DNA from: a virus
Taxonomy: Duplodnaviria; Caudoviricetes
Virus record (IMG/VR): IMGVR_UViG_3300044970_000999
Span: 1-63,492 of that record
Reading direction: 5' to 3' (one strand)
DNA length: 63,492 nucleotides
Numbering within the stretch: the stretch's first letter is position 1; each line of letters opens with the position of its first letter. The translations under genes were made by a program, and so were the position numbers. The notes under the pieces were generated by a model. That model did no database searches. It saw nothing but the letters and a program-made list of their open reading frames with translations, and had not been told where the DNA came from. Positions 17,201 through 27,313 of this stretch are shown here, one piece after another.

Positions 17201-19009
17201 TCTGCTTAAAAATGGAACAGCTGAATTTAATGGACCAGCCATTGTACCCATTGCAAAACCAGAAGCAAAAGTTTCAAAACCTTGAGCTGTAAAAGGATTT
17301 TGTTGAGCCCATGCATCACTAAAATAATCAAGCCTTCCTTTATTTATTCCTTTTATAGCAGCTCTAGAATAAAGCATAGACTTTAATGTAGGGCTATTGT
17401 AAGAATCCATAAAATATTTTTCATTTGCTTGAGCAATAGTCTCTTGTAAGTTTTCTTGAATACCTTCTGAAAAATTTGCTTTAAAATAACCTACAGTTTT
17501 ACCAACAGATTTATGAATTGGATTTTTTAACCATCCCTTAGCCCATGTTTTTAAATTATTTGCTTCTAATTCAAAAGCCTTTGAAGTTCTATTATATATT
17601 ACTTTACCAATTTTACCAAAGTTTTTAGAACCTTCTCTAGAAGCTATTTCATAAATATCATCTGTAGTAGATTTAATAAAATTTCTAAGCCCACCTCTTG
17701 GGCCTGTTATATTATTAAAAGTAATAGCATTGGTTGCATAAATAATTCCAACATTCTCTAGTAATGTTTCATATCCTCCCTGCTCAGCTTGTTTACTAAT
17801 TTCTGCAAGCTCTTTATCACTTGGTACTTTATTGCCATTAGCTTTATAAGCTTCTCTATAAAGTTCATCATAAATTTTATTTTGAACCATTCCCCCCTCT
17901 AGCCTAGCTTCAGATAAAGCCATGTTTATATTTCTAGAATCTCTATATAAACCACCTGCCGTTTTATAAATTTTACCAAGATTTGTAAAGTTATCTGCTT
18001 GTCTTATTTGTTTTAAAGCACCCATTGTGTTATTCAATGGATTTAATTGATTCAATGTTCCTTTAAGAAATTGTGATTCTTTAATTGCATTATATACTTT
18101 TCTTGCACCGCTAATTTCTTTAGTTAAGTTTAGTGTTTGCCTAACACCTTGATAACCAGTTTTAACTCCTTTTAAAAGAGAAGGTAATTTTCTAGCATTA
18201 TTTACAGTTGTAGTAAATAAACTTGATCCTCCAGTAGGTGCTGCTAAGATTGCTCCTAGAGTTTCTTCTGCTATTGCTTCAGTAATAATACCTGCTGTAT
18301 AACTAAAATTCATAGCAGCATTATTCATAAATCCACCTATACCACCTTTAGTAGATTGACCAATTGCAGCTGCTGTTTCATATACTTCTGCATCTTCTCT
18401 ATCTGAAGATGTAAAATCTCCCCTTAGAATTTTACCAAAACTTTTAAATCCAGATGTAAATCCTTGTGTAAATAATGGCACAAAAGAATTACTCATCATT
18501 CTGCTAAAATCATCCCATCTTGTTGTCCTAGCATTAAAGTTGGCATCATTGTCTCTTAATGGTGAAAAACCAACTTCATCAAATTTTTCTTGACCATAGG
18601 CAGAATATCTTTTATAAAAAGTACTTAAATTTGTTGAACCTGCATCATATGAATATATTCTTGCATAGTCATTTAAATCTTGGTTAGATTGAAACATATT
18701 ATCCAAATAACCTTTTAATGAATCATTATATTCATTTATATCAAAAGCTTTTTGAGGAATACTTGGATTATTAATATTTGTTCTTACTACATTATCATAT
18801 ATTTGATTATTTGGGGCATTTAAATTTTCAAGTTTTGGTAAGTTTGAATATGCAATTTGATTACCCACAGGCATGTTTGGTTGAGGCAACATAACTCTGC
18901 TACCTTCAAAAGCTGTATAACCTTTAGTATCTGCTATTGGTTGATTAATTTTACCAAACTCTGGACCTAATGGATCTAATGGATTAAAGTATTCTTCTTC
19001 TTTTGCCAT
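11258..19009 (-). CDS. Giant ejected cargo / vRNAP-associated protein (2583 aa) with PD-(D/E)xK nuclease and GNAT-like domains
   Basis: Gly/Ala-rich hydrophobic N-terminal segments, long coiled coils, RIAGEIDLILVDKDGIYVVDIKSG...YTLQTAAY (PD-(D/E)xK, ~12930-13090) and EYQNKKIATNSY (GNAT motif A-like, ~13600-13635). It lies directly upstream of the vRNAP gene, as in Crassvirales. Confidence 0.8.
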   Translation of the reverse strand: MAKEEEYFNPLDPLGPEFGKINQPIADTKGYTAFEGSRVMLPQPNMPVGNQIAYSNLPKLENLNAPNNQIYDNVVRTNINNPSIPQKAFDINEYNDSLKGYLDNMFQSNQDLNDYARIYSYDAGSTNLSTFYKRYSAYGQEKFDEVGFSPLRDNDANFNARTTRWDDFSRMMSNSFVPLFTQGFTSGFKSFGKILRGDFTSSDREDAEVYETAAAIGQSTKGGIGGFMNNAAMNFSYTAGIITEAIAEETLGAILAAPTGGSSLFTTTVNNARKLPSLLKGVKTGYQGVRQTLNLTKEISGARKVYNAIKESQFLKGTLNQLNPLNNTMGALKQIRQADNFTNLGKIYKTAGGLYRDSRNINMALSEARLEGGMVQNKIYDELYREAYKANGNKVPSDKELAEISKQAEQGGYETLLENVGIIYATNAITFNNITGPRGGLRNFIKSTTDDIYEIASREGSKNFGKIGKVIYNRTSKAFELEANNLKTWAKGWLKNPIHKSVGKTVGYFKANFSEGIQENLQETIAQANEKYFMDSYNSPTLKSMLYSRAAIKGINKGRLDYFSDAWAQQNPFTAQGFETFASGFAMGTMAGPLNSAVPFLSRTYNRMFNKEEYTRWKEAQTTVAQNLVNELNNTNLETFLNGYTQNLGVQEKVAATKQKGTKKEALDAETEAYISQVQLLKRTGTFGIFSEKLKDLHNLTDDEFAEAVGIEKDQVNKYRARVDSSIERLNKIKNLYERVERKNPNPINVSDLKEDDPEYQDKLILYHAWETVNRNIVFFNETYDDILYRRSEINKKYNNNKKLKNISNRKRNLLFNPIRPFNETKEAIDGVGVPTGDMLEEINLLEKELALEKETTKNPAKIQMLQEQINLTKDYAEQYRALDIFQRREEYVGLIKEKLKAETGTEYTDEQVLKYMEDEFGAVNDTQKRDELLKNLRNSYTNYLKTHAKQNGQEIFNEDIDETWELMKDYYDLDIEKTKISKYVDVLNDPMAFLEAVRRNNDWLKKVTAKKIEYYEKIIREEMDNIRANALLNALANKGLFISTEDMLNYFADGVPPTEIYDDINKKIYPIGSKEYSQIYQDYFKKYEELKEDLNPNKSEIIDEAYQQQINALEKEKQEKIDALPKEDVETQINNLEGKISLKSLSQEIQNDQYAELKVYQEKGSTNDRDEIEKKLEINGVIPQYGEFREAISTLTEILEDENGNTKRGRKFIGDEEIKAAQEEGVTGETGTMPAASNTSTRTIKIGNKNYKARVELYPDGTATYNISEVDAAGLPLKTLSETEYTEQIDDSITSELETVTVYKDKVGQLRLKNEEGDILDSEDTTQRYSSARIYTIDKVSDPVEIEKITNFYNDKIEEVKEAYVASKENMELEIPYEDVTPESNLDTPDLSEFKEELYNNYQKEYVNKLSPSEKNALLEDEDLNNKTFEEWYSRPENKKYFDEYNNANRPVLSKQETIMNIRGVEVNTNTKTLEQLIAYRDDVNNQITSNNEEINFLDPETEKEQIKKYEEKNKELSLNLKNLNNIISARQFANFPEEIKSAVRSIQKIFKAQSKVEKGVELTEDDEVTGLKKGQKAYRINGKFHRRTTQAIQDVIDETYEYQGQEQVDTIFKQTIAKKGLNPASIKEFVDRLRSLPDTGEAALPGTNDIFFNKLQQELNALPNMTAEQIELEGQKNEILTKANKEKNLAKQQALFDQAEEIQNKIDGAYTAPVSTDAKADIEKRRQEISSFFNKNDYTTEVTLENDEYTLKVYDKKSTFSNVPIFKFQGNIIDIDGKKYINVYEVSTKKEYQNKKIATNSYKYILENLPSGVKGLYSFSEMRKGVMVPNIYKTLSKDYTVTTDSKGNILVNYDAELAALEGTAQPTTKDNFDTATKKNTTKNIIDTFFAENTYEDSRIAGNFFDLAKDYLESGKKPEFNEEIITREAYDSLIEYLDTIKKRVDSGELYIVGRDLIVYDSDIVHQDGKKDRIAGEIDLILVDKDGIYVVDIKSGETNKFLNFNNLSTTNKKFTKRNEYTLQTAAYATMLEKMIDRKVAGIAMLPIQRESNKKTNQVIEAGKPLSGQFFNELEYKVDEDGKIVINKKIDPKTKKPFNEKQFTITGNKYKFDFLVPLYRESVQEEMDKLFPKKLGELEPGGKRAIANRINNIRERLSEITDELSDINVKNLAIIKVLIGNAVKQNISIPKDIIEQYESKNKNLKQYTSKEKIKSVIDKYKKNLNSSEKNLKEQSDKLRKIKSNVSFDNVDKSIFNEQSDFIKEQLESDSNFKYYFDQHNSFYKNAVDRSPTDNQIVAIETMKESGLLTDTDISDADIKYLSMAEASELIHEGVKRIQYLKTSSVEKSKDFREYQKNIFDLMKATKINSNDVSLVQLFEDAEKISKTGRTKQAIDLLNIKLNNLNSEYNKEFTSDVRKTKILKEILDIEQFKEALIDTYEMPIDIVEQVQESEIVEEFIDEFDTDINVGDIVYSRKKNNNTPYKVKEKTKDSYVLSPPRGKAITVKIDTFADNYITKIEMDSGNITPPTVEVTDTEKEILNESQVTVNNFLQNQDSKTKAYEKGIKNTPEENRKNLLNKTKNCL

Positions 19010-19011
19010 TA

Positions 19012-22000
19012 TTATTTGTATTGATTTTTTATTTGATTATTAGCATCTTGTACTTGTTTTAAGAATGCTAAGAAATTATCTCTATTAGCTGCTAAATTTC
19101 CTTGTTGTAATAAAGATGTTGCAGTATATGTTTCCATCTTTGTTTTTTTAGTATTAGGATCATAAGATGGATATGTAGCTTTTATACTATAATCTCCTGT
19201 ATTATTTTTATTTTTAGTTATTTTATAACTTGCATTAGGATCTCCTCCAATATTATTTAAAGTATAAGATCCTGCATAATTTACATATGCTTCAAGTGGA
19301 GATTCATATGAAGATCTATATAAAGATGATCTTTTTAAATCTTGCACTGGAATAAAAAAGTTAATTCCATTGTTTGCTAATTTTGTAGAGAACCAACTTT
19401 TAATTTCTGAATCTGAAAGATCATCATCATCTAAATCTTCTTTTGCCATTTGTTTTATAGATGATGTAAGACCAGCAGCATCAACATAATCTTTTATCCA
19501 TTCCCTATTTGGTTTAATTGTTATTGCACCTAAACTAGAATTATTTGCTGCAATTGGATGTGACTCCAATGTAAAGTTTTTTAATTTTGATTCTGATTTT
19601 GGATTTTTTGCACTATTAAAATCCCTTATTAAGTCTTGAACTAATGAATTTGCTAAAGATCCATCAAGCCTAAACTTATCTTTAGCAGTTTTAGTTATTC
19701 CTCCAATTGATACTGAAGAAATTTTAGTAAAATCCCCATAATCTGTACTATTAAGTATTGGGATGATTTCATTAAAATACAATTTACCTTTTGACGTTCC
19801 TCTAGGGTTTACAGTAATTGTAGATTTTTTAAACGCATATGTTCCTGTCCCAGCTTCTGTTGGTCCTACAGAAATTCTTGGTGGTGCTTTTTTAATATAT
19901 TTTGAACTAGATGCAATTTTATCAGCTTCTTCTAAAATATTTTCATATCTTAAATTACTAATTTCACTATCACCAAGTTCATCTCGAATTTTATATACAG
20001 CTGCCACAGGAGGTACAAGCCAATCCCACCAATCTACATCTTGCCCTTCTATATTATTATTTCTTCTTCTATTATTATAAATTCTTGCTTCAGTTGATGT
20101 AAGTATTCCTTCTTTATCTAATAATGCATAATATTCCTCTTTACTCCTTTTTATTCCATTCTTATCATATAATAAATGTCCATTTGCAAAACCTCTATCT
20201 TTTAAGACTTTTGCAACTATATCTGCAACTTCTCTATTATATTCTATATCAGCTTTTTGATAAAGCACATAGTCAGTTATTTTAGTAGAGCTGTTTACAT
20301 AATCTTCATATAATTGAGTTTTTTGACCATTTAAAGTAAACATATCTAACTCTCTATTTTGCTCAACCCACTTTCCTATTTTTTTATTAATATTTTCCCA
20401 TTCACCTTTTTCATAAAGTGCAAAATGATCTCTAAAACCTCCAGGATTATTCTTTAGTCTATTATAATTATCTTTAAATTGTTTATATGTATATTTAGTG
20501 CCACCAAAAAAGCTATTTGCTTGTTGTTCACTTAACTTACCTTCACCTAAAGCTTTACCAATTATTTGTATATAAGATGTAACTGCAGGATCTAAGTACT
20601 CACTTCTTGTTAAATCTTGAATTTGTTGACTAAGAACTTTTACATTTTGTTCATCAGTCACATTACCCTTATCTTCAATACCTGAAGAAATAATATTCTG
20701 ACTTTGATCTTCAACTAAATTTCCATTTTCATCTTCATAGTGTGTGCCAGCTTCTATTAGTCTTTTTTTCCTTGCTTCTTCTGCTGCTTTTTCAGCTCGA
20801 ATTTGTTCTATCTCTAATCTATATTGTTGTTGTTGATCAAGAACTGCAAAAGGATCAGCTTTTACATCTGTTTTAGCTCCTCTTTTAGAAAGTGAATGTG
20901 CTGCTTCATCAAAATCTTTTTGCATTAACATTGATGCCACACCATTATCAACTTTATATCTTAAAGATTCAAGATCTCCATATGGATTTTTAAAACCAGT
21001 AGTAGTTGTTGCTGTACTAGATTCACCATTTGATATAGTTTCAAAATCCTTTTTTGCTCTTTCTAATACTTTAGTATTAATATCTTTATTTTGTAAATAT
21101 GCATTTAGTAAATTTTCTGCGTCTGGTCCAGCTGTTCCATCAGCAATTTGTTTTTGAAGATCTTTAATTCTAGCATCATATGTAGAATTTGCAGCTTCTA
21201 TATTTTTATATCTAATTCTTGATTGCTCTTTAAGTACATTAAAGTTTTCTTCAAGATATTTCATCTCTGCTGCATTCTTATCTCCATTAAATTGAGCAGC
21301 ATTAGAATAAGCATAATCTTTTCTATTTACATATGCTTGAGTTTGATATACAGACTGTATCTGTGCATTACTTCCTAGATTAGCTTCAAATAAATGTTGT
21401 AATGGTTCTTCTAGTTGTTCACCATTTGTCTTAGTAACAATATATCTACCATCATCAGACCAGTCTACAGATTGTATATCTCCAAAAGATTTAGCTAGTT
21501 CTAAAGCTTTGTTTTGAACATTTACATAAGGAGTATAAGCTATATTTTCAAATGCCAAAGCTTTATCTGCAGAAGCTTCCTTAAACTCATCTCTTTTGTA
21601 TTGTAAAAATCTTAAACCAGCATCCCAAAATTCTCCTCTTCTTTTTTCATCTGCAGAACCTTGCAAAGCTTGAGCAGTCCCAACTTGCATATTATAATTT
21701 TTGGTCCAAGCCATATCTTTCATTAAGCCTTTATCTTCATAAAAAGGTTTAAATATTTGTGTGGCTTGTGATACATTTTGCTGTAGAGAAAGATCTAATC
21801 CAGCAACTCTTTTAAGATTAAAATTAATTTGATCTAATAAATAATCTTTTTTCTTTATATTATCATCTCTAGTTAAATCAGCATAAAAATACTGACCATA
21901 TATTTTATTTAATGATTTCCAATTACTATCATATTGTGTTTGCTTATTCTGTATAATGTTAGAGTACAGATTAAGATCAGGTTGATAAGGTTGAATCTGA

Positions 22001-22032
22001 GGTATAAATGTGGCTGCTGCAAACGTTGCCAT
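19012..22032 (-). CDS. Virion cargo/ejection protein (1006 aa)
   Basis: Long ORF in the cargo block. The N-terminus (PYQPDLNLY...KQTQYD...LDLS) resembles crAss-like internal virion proteins. Function inferred from position. Confidence 0.65.
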   Translation of the reverse strand: MATFAAATFIPQIQPYQPDLNLYSNIIQNKQTQYDSNWKSLNKIYGQYFYADLTRDDNIKKKDYLLDQINFNLKRVAGLDLSLQQNVSQATQIFKPFYEDKGLMKDMAWTKNYNMQVGTAQALQGSADEKRRGEFWDAGLRFLQYKRDEFKEASADKALAFENIAYTPYVNVQNKALELAKSFGDIQSVDWSDDGRYIVTKTNGEQLEEPLQHLFEANLGSNAQIQSVYQTQAYVNRKDYAYSNAAQFNGDKNAAEMKYLEENFNVLKEQSRIRYKNIEAANSTYDARIKDLQKQIADGTAGPDAENLLNAYLQNKDINTKVLERAKKDFETISNGESSTATTTTGFKNPYGDLESLRYKVDNGVASMLMQKDFDEAAHSLSKRGAKTDVKADPFAVLDQQQQYRLEIEQIRAEKAAEEARKKRLIEAGTHYEDENGNLVEDQSQNIISSGIEDKGNVTDEQNVKVLSQQIQDLTRSEYLDPAVTSYIQIIGKALGEGKLSEQQANSFFGGTKYTYKQFKDNYNRLKNNPGGFRDHFALYEKGEWENINKKIGKWVEQNRELDMFTLNGQKTQLYEDYVNSSTKITDYVLYQKADIEYNREVADIVAKVLKDRGFANGHLLYDKNGIKRSKEEYYALLDKEGILTSTEARIYNNRRRNNNIEGQDVDWWDWLVPPVAAVYKIRDELGDSEISNLRYENILEEADKIASSSKYIKKAPPRISVGPTEAGTGTYAFKKSTITVNPRGTSKGKLYFNEIIPILNSTDYGDFTKISSVSIGGITKTAKDKFRLDGSLANSLVQDLIRDFNSAKNPKSESKLKNFTLESHPIAANNSSLGAITIKPNREWIKDYVDAAGLTSSIKQMAKEDLDDDDLSDSEIKSWFSTKLANNGINFFIPVQDLKRSSLYRSSYESPLEAYVNYAGSYTLNNIGGDPNASYKITKNKNNTGDYSIKATYPSYDPNTKKTKMETYTATSLLQQGNLAANRDNFLAFLKQVQDANNQIKNQYK

Positions 22033-22051
22033 AGTTTTATATTATATAGTA

Positions 22052-22083
22052 TAAATATATTAAAATTTTGTAAGTTTAATAAA
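22052..22083 (-). promoter_or_regulatory. Putative phage promoter TTTA-N20-TATATTTA
   Basis: Matches the motif repeated in other intergenic gaps and resembles Bacteroidota -33 TTTG / -7 TAnnTTTG architecture. Confidence 0.6.
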
Positions 22084-22093
22084 CATATAAAGT

Positions 22094-25000
22094 TTATTCA
22101 TAGTAGTAAAAGGGGTAAACAGTATCTCCATAAACCATTCCTCCAATCTGCATAACCCTACCTCCATACCTACCATACTGTGTTTTAAAGATTAATTCTT
22201 GCATATCTTCAGGTAAATGTGAACCTTCAAGCTTTTGAGCAAAAGCTATCATGTCATCAGTAGGTTGTTCAGGACTAATTGGTTTTCCTTGTTTAAATAC
22301 TTGTACTCCAGTAACTGGATCAATTGCATACTGTTCAGATTGAATATTATATATATCAGCAGCATTTTTAATACCCTGATTCATCATTTGAGTAGTAAGT
22401 GCATCTTTAGCATTTAATTCACCTCTATAGAAATTTTCAGCAGAACCTACTTTATCCATATATGGATTTAGAACATTCTGTCTATTTTGTCCTTCTGATA
22501 AATCACCTTGATAGTTCAATATACTTTCTTGATTTTTAACAGCAAGATTTTTTGCTTGAGTTTCTGTAATTGGTCTTTGAATTCCTTCTAAAAGATCTCC
22601 TTGCAATGAACCCATAATAGATTGTTTATACTGTGATGGTGCACCAATTCTAGAAATAGTATCCATGTTTTTTGCTGCTGCAGCTTGTTGCGCTTGGACA
22701 GGAGCTAACCATTCTTGAGCTCTTAAATTTAATTCAGGTCTTTGGAATGTCATTGCTGTTGGATACTCAATACCTGTTCTTAAAGATCTTGCTCTTGAAA
22801 GATTAAGTTTATCTTGAGTTGTCCATTCAGGCCAGTAAGTTCCAGCAGGATATTCTTGTCCGGGTACATCTACTGTTTGTTCACATTCACACTTACCATC
22901 TTTTAGTGGTGTTTCTTTTTCCTCACCTGTTATAGGATCAGGACAAAAACATTTACTCACTTTAGTTGGTGGTACAAACTTAACTCTTTGCCCTAAAGTA
23001 GTATTTGTATTAAATTGATCAATACCAGATACTTGTCCTCTTTTTCCTGCAATTTCTTCATCATCTTTACCTACTTGAAAATCACCATATGGTTTATACT
23101 TTTCAGTTCCTAATAAATTCCTATAGGCAATGTATGCAGCTTGTCCTTTAAAACCACTAGAAAAATCTAAGTCACCAAGTCCATCTGGATTTTCCTTTAT
23201 TAATTTATTTGCTGCAGCATTAGTACCAGTACTTCCTGATACATTTTGTTCTGTTTTAGAAGCATCTAAACCAAAAGCTTCTAGCCTTGCATTTCTTTCT
23301 TCTTGTGCTAGTAATTGATTAACTACTCCTTGTTTATCAAGTTTTCTTAATTCTGGTGCATAACCACTATATAGTTTTTCTCTTTGACTTTTAGTATAGT
23401 TTTCTTTATTTTCAATATCTTGTTGATATTGTTTAAACAAGTCATTTTTAAAATCTTCATTTCCTTCTATTGCATTCTTAGTATTAATGAAATTAATATA
23501 AGCTTGTTTATTATTATTCCATTTTTTAGCAATTACCTCTAAGTCTTGTTTAGTTAAATCTGCTTCAGTAATTTGTCCACCACCTTGGAATTTATTTAAA
23601 TTGTATGTGCTTCCACCATTTGACATTATTAAAGGCATATGCATACCACCCATAATAATACCTTGTTTAGCCATAAATGGACCACTCCCTTGCAGTTTTT
23701 TAGTTCTACCTAAATAATTATTTGGATTTCCTCCACCTAATGTTATACCATATTGTGCATATTGGCTATTACCTCCAAATTGTCTTTTAAGTCTTGCATA
23801 TTCTTCAGGGTACATTTGTTGAAAGTATGTTTCTCCTTGACTATCAAATCCTTCTCTTTCTTGATCATACTTATACTGTAACCAATCTTTAGGATCATAC
23901 CATTGACTTACTTCTTCTTCTGCAGTATAATTTTCTAATTCATCTTTTGCACCTGGTTTTAAAACTGCCTTCATTGTTTTTACAGGAACTTTTAAACGAG
24001 CTATTTGTTCTTCTGGTAAAGTAACCTTTTGCCAATTAGGAAGATAGGATCCAATATCACCATATTCTCCTTGAGCCATATAGTATTGATTAGTTTTAGG
24101 ATCTTTAAAATAGTACTGTCCAGATTTCCAGTTTTCAGGATCTTGTAGTTTAGTAAAATCATATTGTGTACCAAACATTTCATTTTCAGGATCTAAAATA
24201 ATATTTCTATCTACATAAGATGTTTGCTCTGGAGATACATTTACTGGAGGTATAGTAGTTCTTACAGTTGGATCTACTATAGGTAATGTATTTTGATTTC
24301 CATAAATTTCATTACTATATTCTTCTGGTCTACCATGCATTATTCTCTGCATTAAATCATTAGCTGCAAGTCTTAAACCAGAAAGACCCATTCCTTTATA
24401 TCTATTTCTTCTTTCTTTTCTATCTGCTCTTCTTTGTTCTCTACCTCTTCTAGCTTCAGGCATTTCTTCATAGTCTTCTTCCATATCCATTTCTTCCATT
24501 GGATATTCTTCTTCTGACATCATTTGATCATTCATCTCTTGAGGAGGCATTTGTTGATCTTGTTCCATCATTGGCTCTTCAGACATAGATTGCTGTTGCT
24601 GCATCATTTGTTCTTGCTCTTGTCTTTGTTGAGCTAACTCTGGCATTAAATCTTCTTCTGTAATACCATTAGCTTCCATGTATGGTTTAGCAATAACTGG
24701 AATACCTTGCGGAAAACCTTTTTTAGATTCTTGAGCAATAGCTAATGCTCCAAGCTTCATCACATAGTTTTTAATCATCATCTCTGCAGTCTTTTTTTCC
24801 ATTTTATTAGAATCTGGATCTTGCAGTATTTTTCTATATTTATTTATTTCATATGATTTGGAAAGTTCAGCAGGAGTATATCCACCTTTTTTTGGATCTT
24901 TACCAAACATCTTTAATATCTTAGGATCAGTTATTTTCATAGAAGCTGTGTCACTGAAGATAAATGTATCATCTGGCAAGTTCATAGGAACTCCACCTGC

Positions 25001-25261
25001 TGAGTGTCTTGGTCCTTTAATATTAAAGAATGACGGGAATGTAGAACCATCTAGATCTCCTACTAATGTTTCTCCACCTTCTGCTTCTATATTAGCTTCA
25101 TCTCTAGGTACAGCACCCATTGTGTTTCTAGATTTTAATCCAGGTTTACCTATATAAGCATTATAATCTGCACCACCAAAAGCTGGAACATCATTAATTA
25201 AAGAACCTTGAACTTGATAACCAGTTCTTGCTCTTGGAAGCTTGTTTAGTTTTTTATTCAT
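22094..25261 (-). CDS. Virion cargo protein (1055 aa), crAss001 cargo-protein-1-like N-terminal domain
   Basis: EANIEAEGGETLV...KGPRHSAGGVPMNLPDDTFIFSD resembles the conserved EGGE/GPxHxxGGV/IFSD motif of crAss-like cargo proteins (recalled). Also has a Q/E/M-rich low-complexity tract and many xxxGG motifs. Confidence 0.7.
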   Translation of the reverse strand: MNKKLNKLPRARTGYQVQGSLINDVPAFGGADYNAYIGKPGLKSRNTMGAVPRDEANIEAEGGETLVGDLDGSTFPSFFNIKGPRHSAGGVPMNLPDDTFIFSDTASMKITDPKILKMFGKDPKKGGYTPAELSKSYEINKYRKILQDPDSNKMEKKTAEMMIKNYVMKLGALAIAQESKKGFPQGIPVIAKPYMEANGITEEDLMPELAQQRQEQEQMMQQQQSMSEEPMMEQDQQMPPQEMNDQMMSEEEYPMEEMDMEEDYEEMPEARRGREQRRADRKERRNRYKGMGLSGLRLAANDLMQRIMHGRPEEYSNEIYGNQNTLPIVDPTVRTTIPPVNVSPEQTSYVDRNIILDPENEMFGTQYDFTKLQDPENWKSGQYYFKDPKTNQYYMAQGEYGDIGSYLPNWQKVTLPEEQIARLKVPVKTMKAVLKPGAKDELENYTAEEEVSQWYDPKDWLQYKYDQEREGFDSQGETYFQQMYPEEYARLKRQFGGNSQYAQYGITLGGGNPNNYLGRTKKLQGSGPFMAKQGIIMGGMHMPLIMSNGGSTYNLNKFQGGGQITEADLTKQDLEVIAKKWNNNKQAYINFINTKNAIEGNEDFKNDLFKQYQQDIENKENYTKSQREKLYSGYAPELRKLDKQGVVNQLLAQEERNARLEAFGLDASKTEQNVSGSTGTNAAANKLIKENPDGLGDLDFSSGFKGQAAYIAYRNLLGTEKYKPYGDFQVGKDDEEIAGKRGQVSGIDQFNTNTTLGQRVKFVPPTKVSKCFCPDPITGEEKETPLKDGKCECEQTVDVPGQEYPAGTYWPEWTTQDKLNLSRARSLRTGIEYPTAMTFQRPELNLRAQEWLAPVQAQQAAAAKNMDTISRIGAPSQYKQSIMGSLQGDLLEGIQRPITETQAKNLAVKNQESILNYQGDLSEGQNRQNVLNPYMDKVGSAENFYRGELNAKDALTTQMMNQGIKNAADIYNIQSEQYAIDPVTGVQVFKQGKPISPEQPTDDMIAFAQKLEGSHLPEDMQELIFKTQYGRYGGRVMQIGGMVYGDTVYPFYYYE

Positions 25262-27313
25262 TTTATTTTTTATTTAATCCAGCAAGTTTAATTAAATCTT
25301 GAAAATCTGTAATATTTATTCTATTTCCTCCACTTGTAGGTTTAGATTTTTTATTTTTAATTGCCCCACCTTTTTTACCTATTACACCTTCAAAACCTTG
25401 TTGATATACATCTCTACCTGTTCTAGGATCATATCCTCCAGGATTATATCCTTCATAAGCTTTTTGTCTTTCACCTCTTGAAAACTCTGTCATTCCTGGA
25501 ATATACTTAGTTCTTCTTTCATCATAGTAATCTTTAGTATCTGCTAATAAATTCATACCATCTACCATAGCTCTTGAAATATTATCATAGTTAATGGTAC
25601 CAGATTTATTTTCTTTTAATTTTAATTGAGCTTGTGTTGGTAGTTGTTCCATTGTACGCGGACCTTGACCTGCATACATTGGATCATAACATGGACTATT
25701 AGGATCTTTTACTTCATCTTCTGTACAAGGACCTACTTTACCTTGACCAATACCACCTGGTTTTACTATACTATTTGCAGGATATGATACTGAAGAAAAA
25801 TTTATTCCATTATCAGCTCTTACAAGACCACCATTAGCACGGCCAGCATTAAAAATATTTTTCCTTTCTATTTCTCTTGCTTTTTTTCCATATGTATCCG
25901 ATATATTTTCAAAAATTCTTCTTTCTTTATCAGTCATACTCATTATCCTTTGTACAAAATTTTTACCTAAAGCTTTTGCTAGTTGTCTATTTCTATCATC
26001 ATAAAGACTATTTAAAGCGTCATCATAAAGTTTTCTTGACTCAGCTTCTGAATAATTTTTTGAATAATCAATTTTTGGATTAAATCTATTCTTTAAATTA
26101 TATATATCATGATAATAGTATGCAACTACGGGATCAAATTTTTCTGAAGCAGGATTATATCTTGGTGCAAAGTTATTTGTTGGTTGTTGATTTCTTCTTG
26201 CTCCTGTTCCTGTTCTTGTTCTTGTTCCTGTTTGATTTTTAATAACTTCTCTTTGAACTTCAGGTGTTTGTTGAGCAAACCAATCTCTTCCTTCCATTGT
26301 ATTTAAAATAGAATTTGGATTATTAATTGCTATGTCACTTGAAGAACTACCAGTTAATGGATCTACACCAAATTTATATTCTGTAGGTTGTTCATAATCT
26401 GGATTAAATGGCATCATGCTTCTATCATATGGATTAGGAGAGAAATCTGAATTATAAAAGTCTTCATCAGCTACAGGATTGCTACCTGGTTGTTGCATGA
26501 AAACATCTCCTTGATTAAATGAACCATAATTTGAAACACCAGAACCTGAAGTAAATTGACTATCTGTAAATCTTTGTAAATCAGAGTTTGGTTGTTGAAA
26601 GTAATTTTGTACTGGCTGCATGTTAGCATTAGTAACAGGACTTTCAAAAGTTTTTTCATTAACAGGACCTTCTTGTGAAACAGATGTTTGTGAGTTAACT
26701 GGTGATTGTTCAATAATTTGTTCTTCTTCAGTTTCAGGAGTTTCTTGATCTGATTGTGGTTCTTCAGTTTGTGGAACTGATGCAGGTTGATTATTTACAG
26801 CTGGAGTATTTTGCTGTGGAGTAACCATTTCTTCCTCATCATAATATTCAGGAGAATCTATATTAATAGGCTCTCCTGCAGCATTAATTACAGTAAGATT
26901 TCCTTTTGTTGCTGTAGTAGGATTATTATAAATATCTGCAGTTCTTTGTGGTGTAATATTGTTTGCTGCAGCAGGTCTTTGTTGTGCTTGAATTGCAGAT
27001 GTGCTTGTAGATGCTCCTACTGTAGGCATAGAAGGTCCAGCACCTGGAGTTGTATTTAATGCACTTGTAGAAGCTATGTTTACAGGTGTTCCAGGTGTAC
27101 CAGTAACTAGATCAGCACCTTGAGAACGGGTCATACTTGAAACAGGTGTATAAGGATTTTCTACTTTAAGATTTGATGCTGGAGTAGTTGATTGTTGTGT
27201 ATATGGTTCATCATCTTCTAAAGGTTTTCCATATTTTATTCTTTGTATTAGATCATTAGCATTAAGTCTTAAACCTGCCAGACCCATACCTTTATATTTA
27301 TTTCCTCTACGTT
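24326..27313 (-). repeat. Dispersed ~30-codon repeat shared by two neighbouring cargo genes (~24326-24413 and ~27223-27313)
   Basis: RRNRYKGMGLSGLRLAANDLMQRIMHGRP versus RRGNKYKGMGLAGLRLNANDLIQRIKYGKP. Confidence 0.85.

Noticed and set aside
26201-26234. Short 6-bp tandem repeat (tgttcc/tgttct) encoding TGTRTRTGTG
   Set aside because: In-frame low-complexity coding repeat with no sign of a phase-variation or regulatory role.
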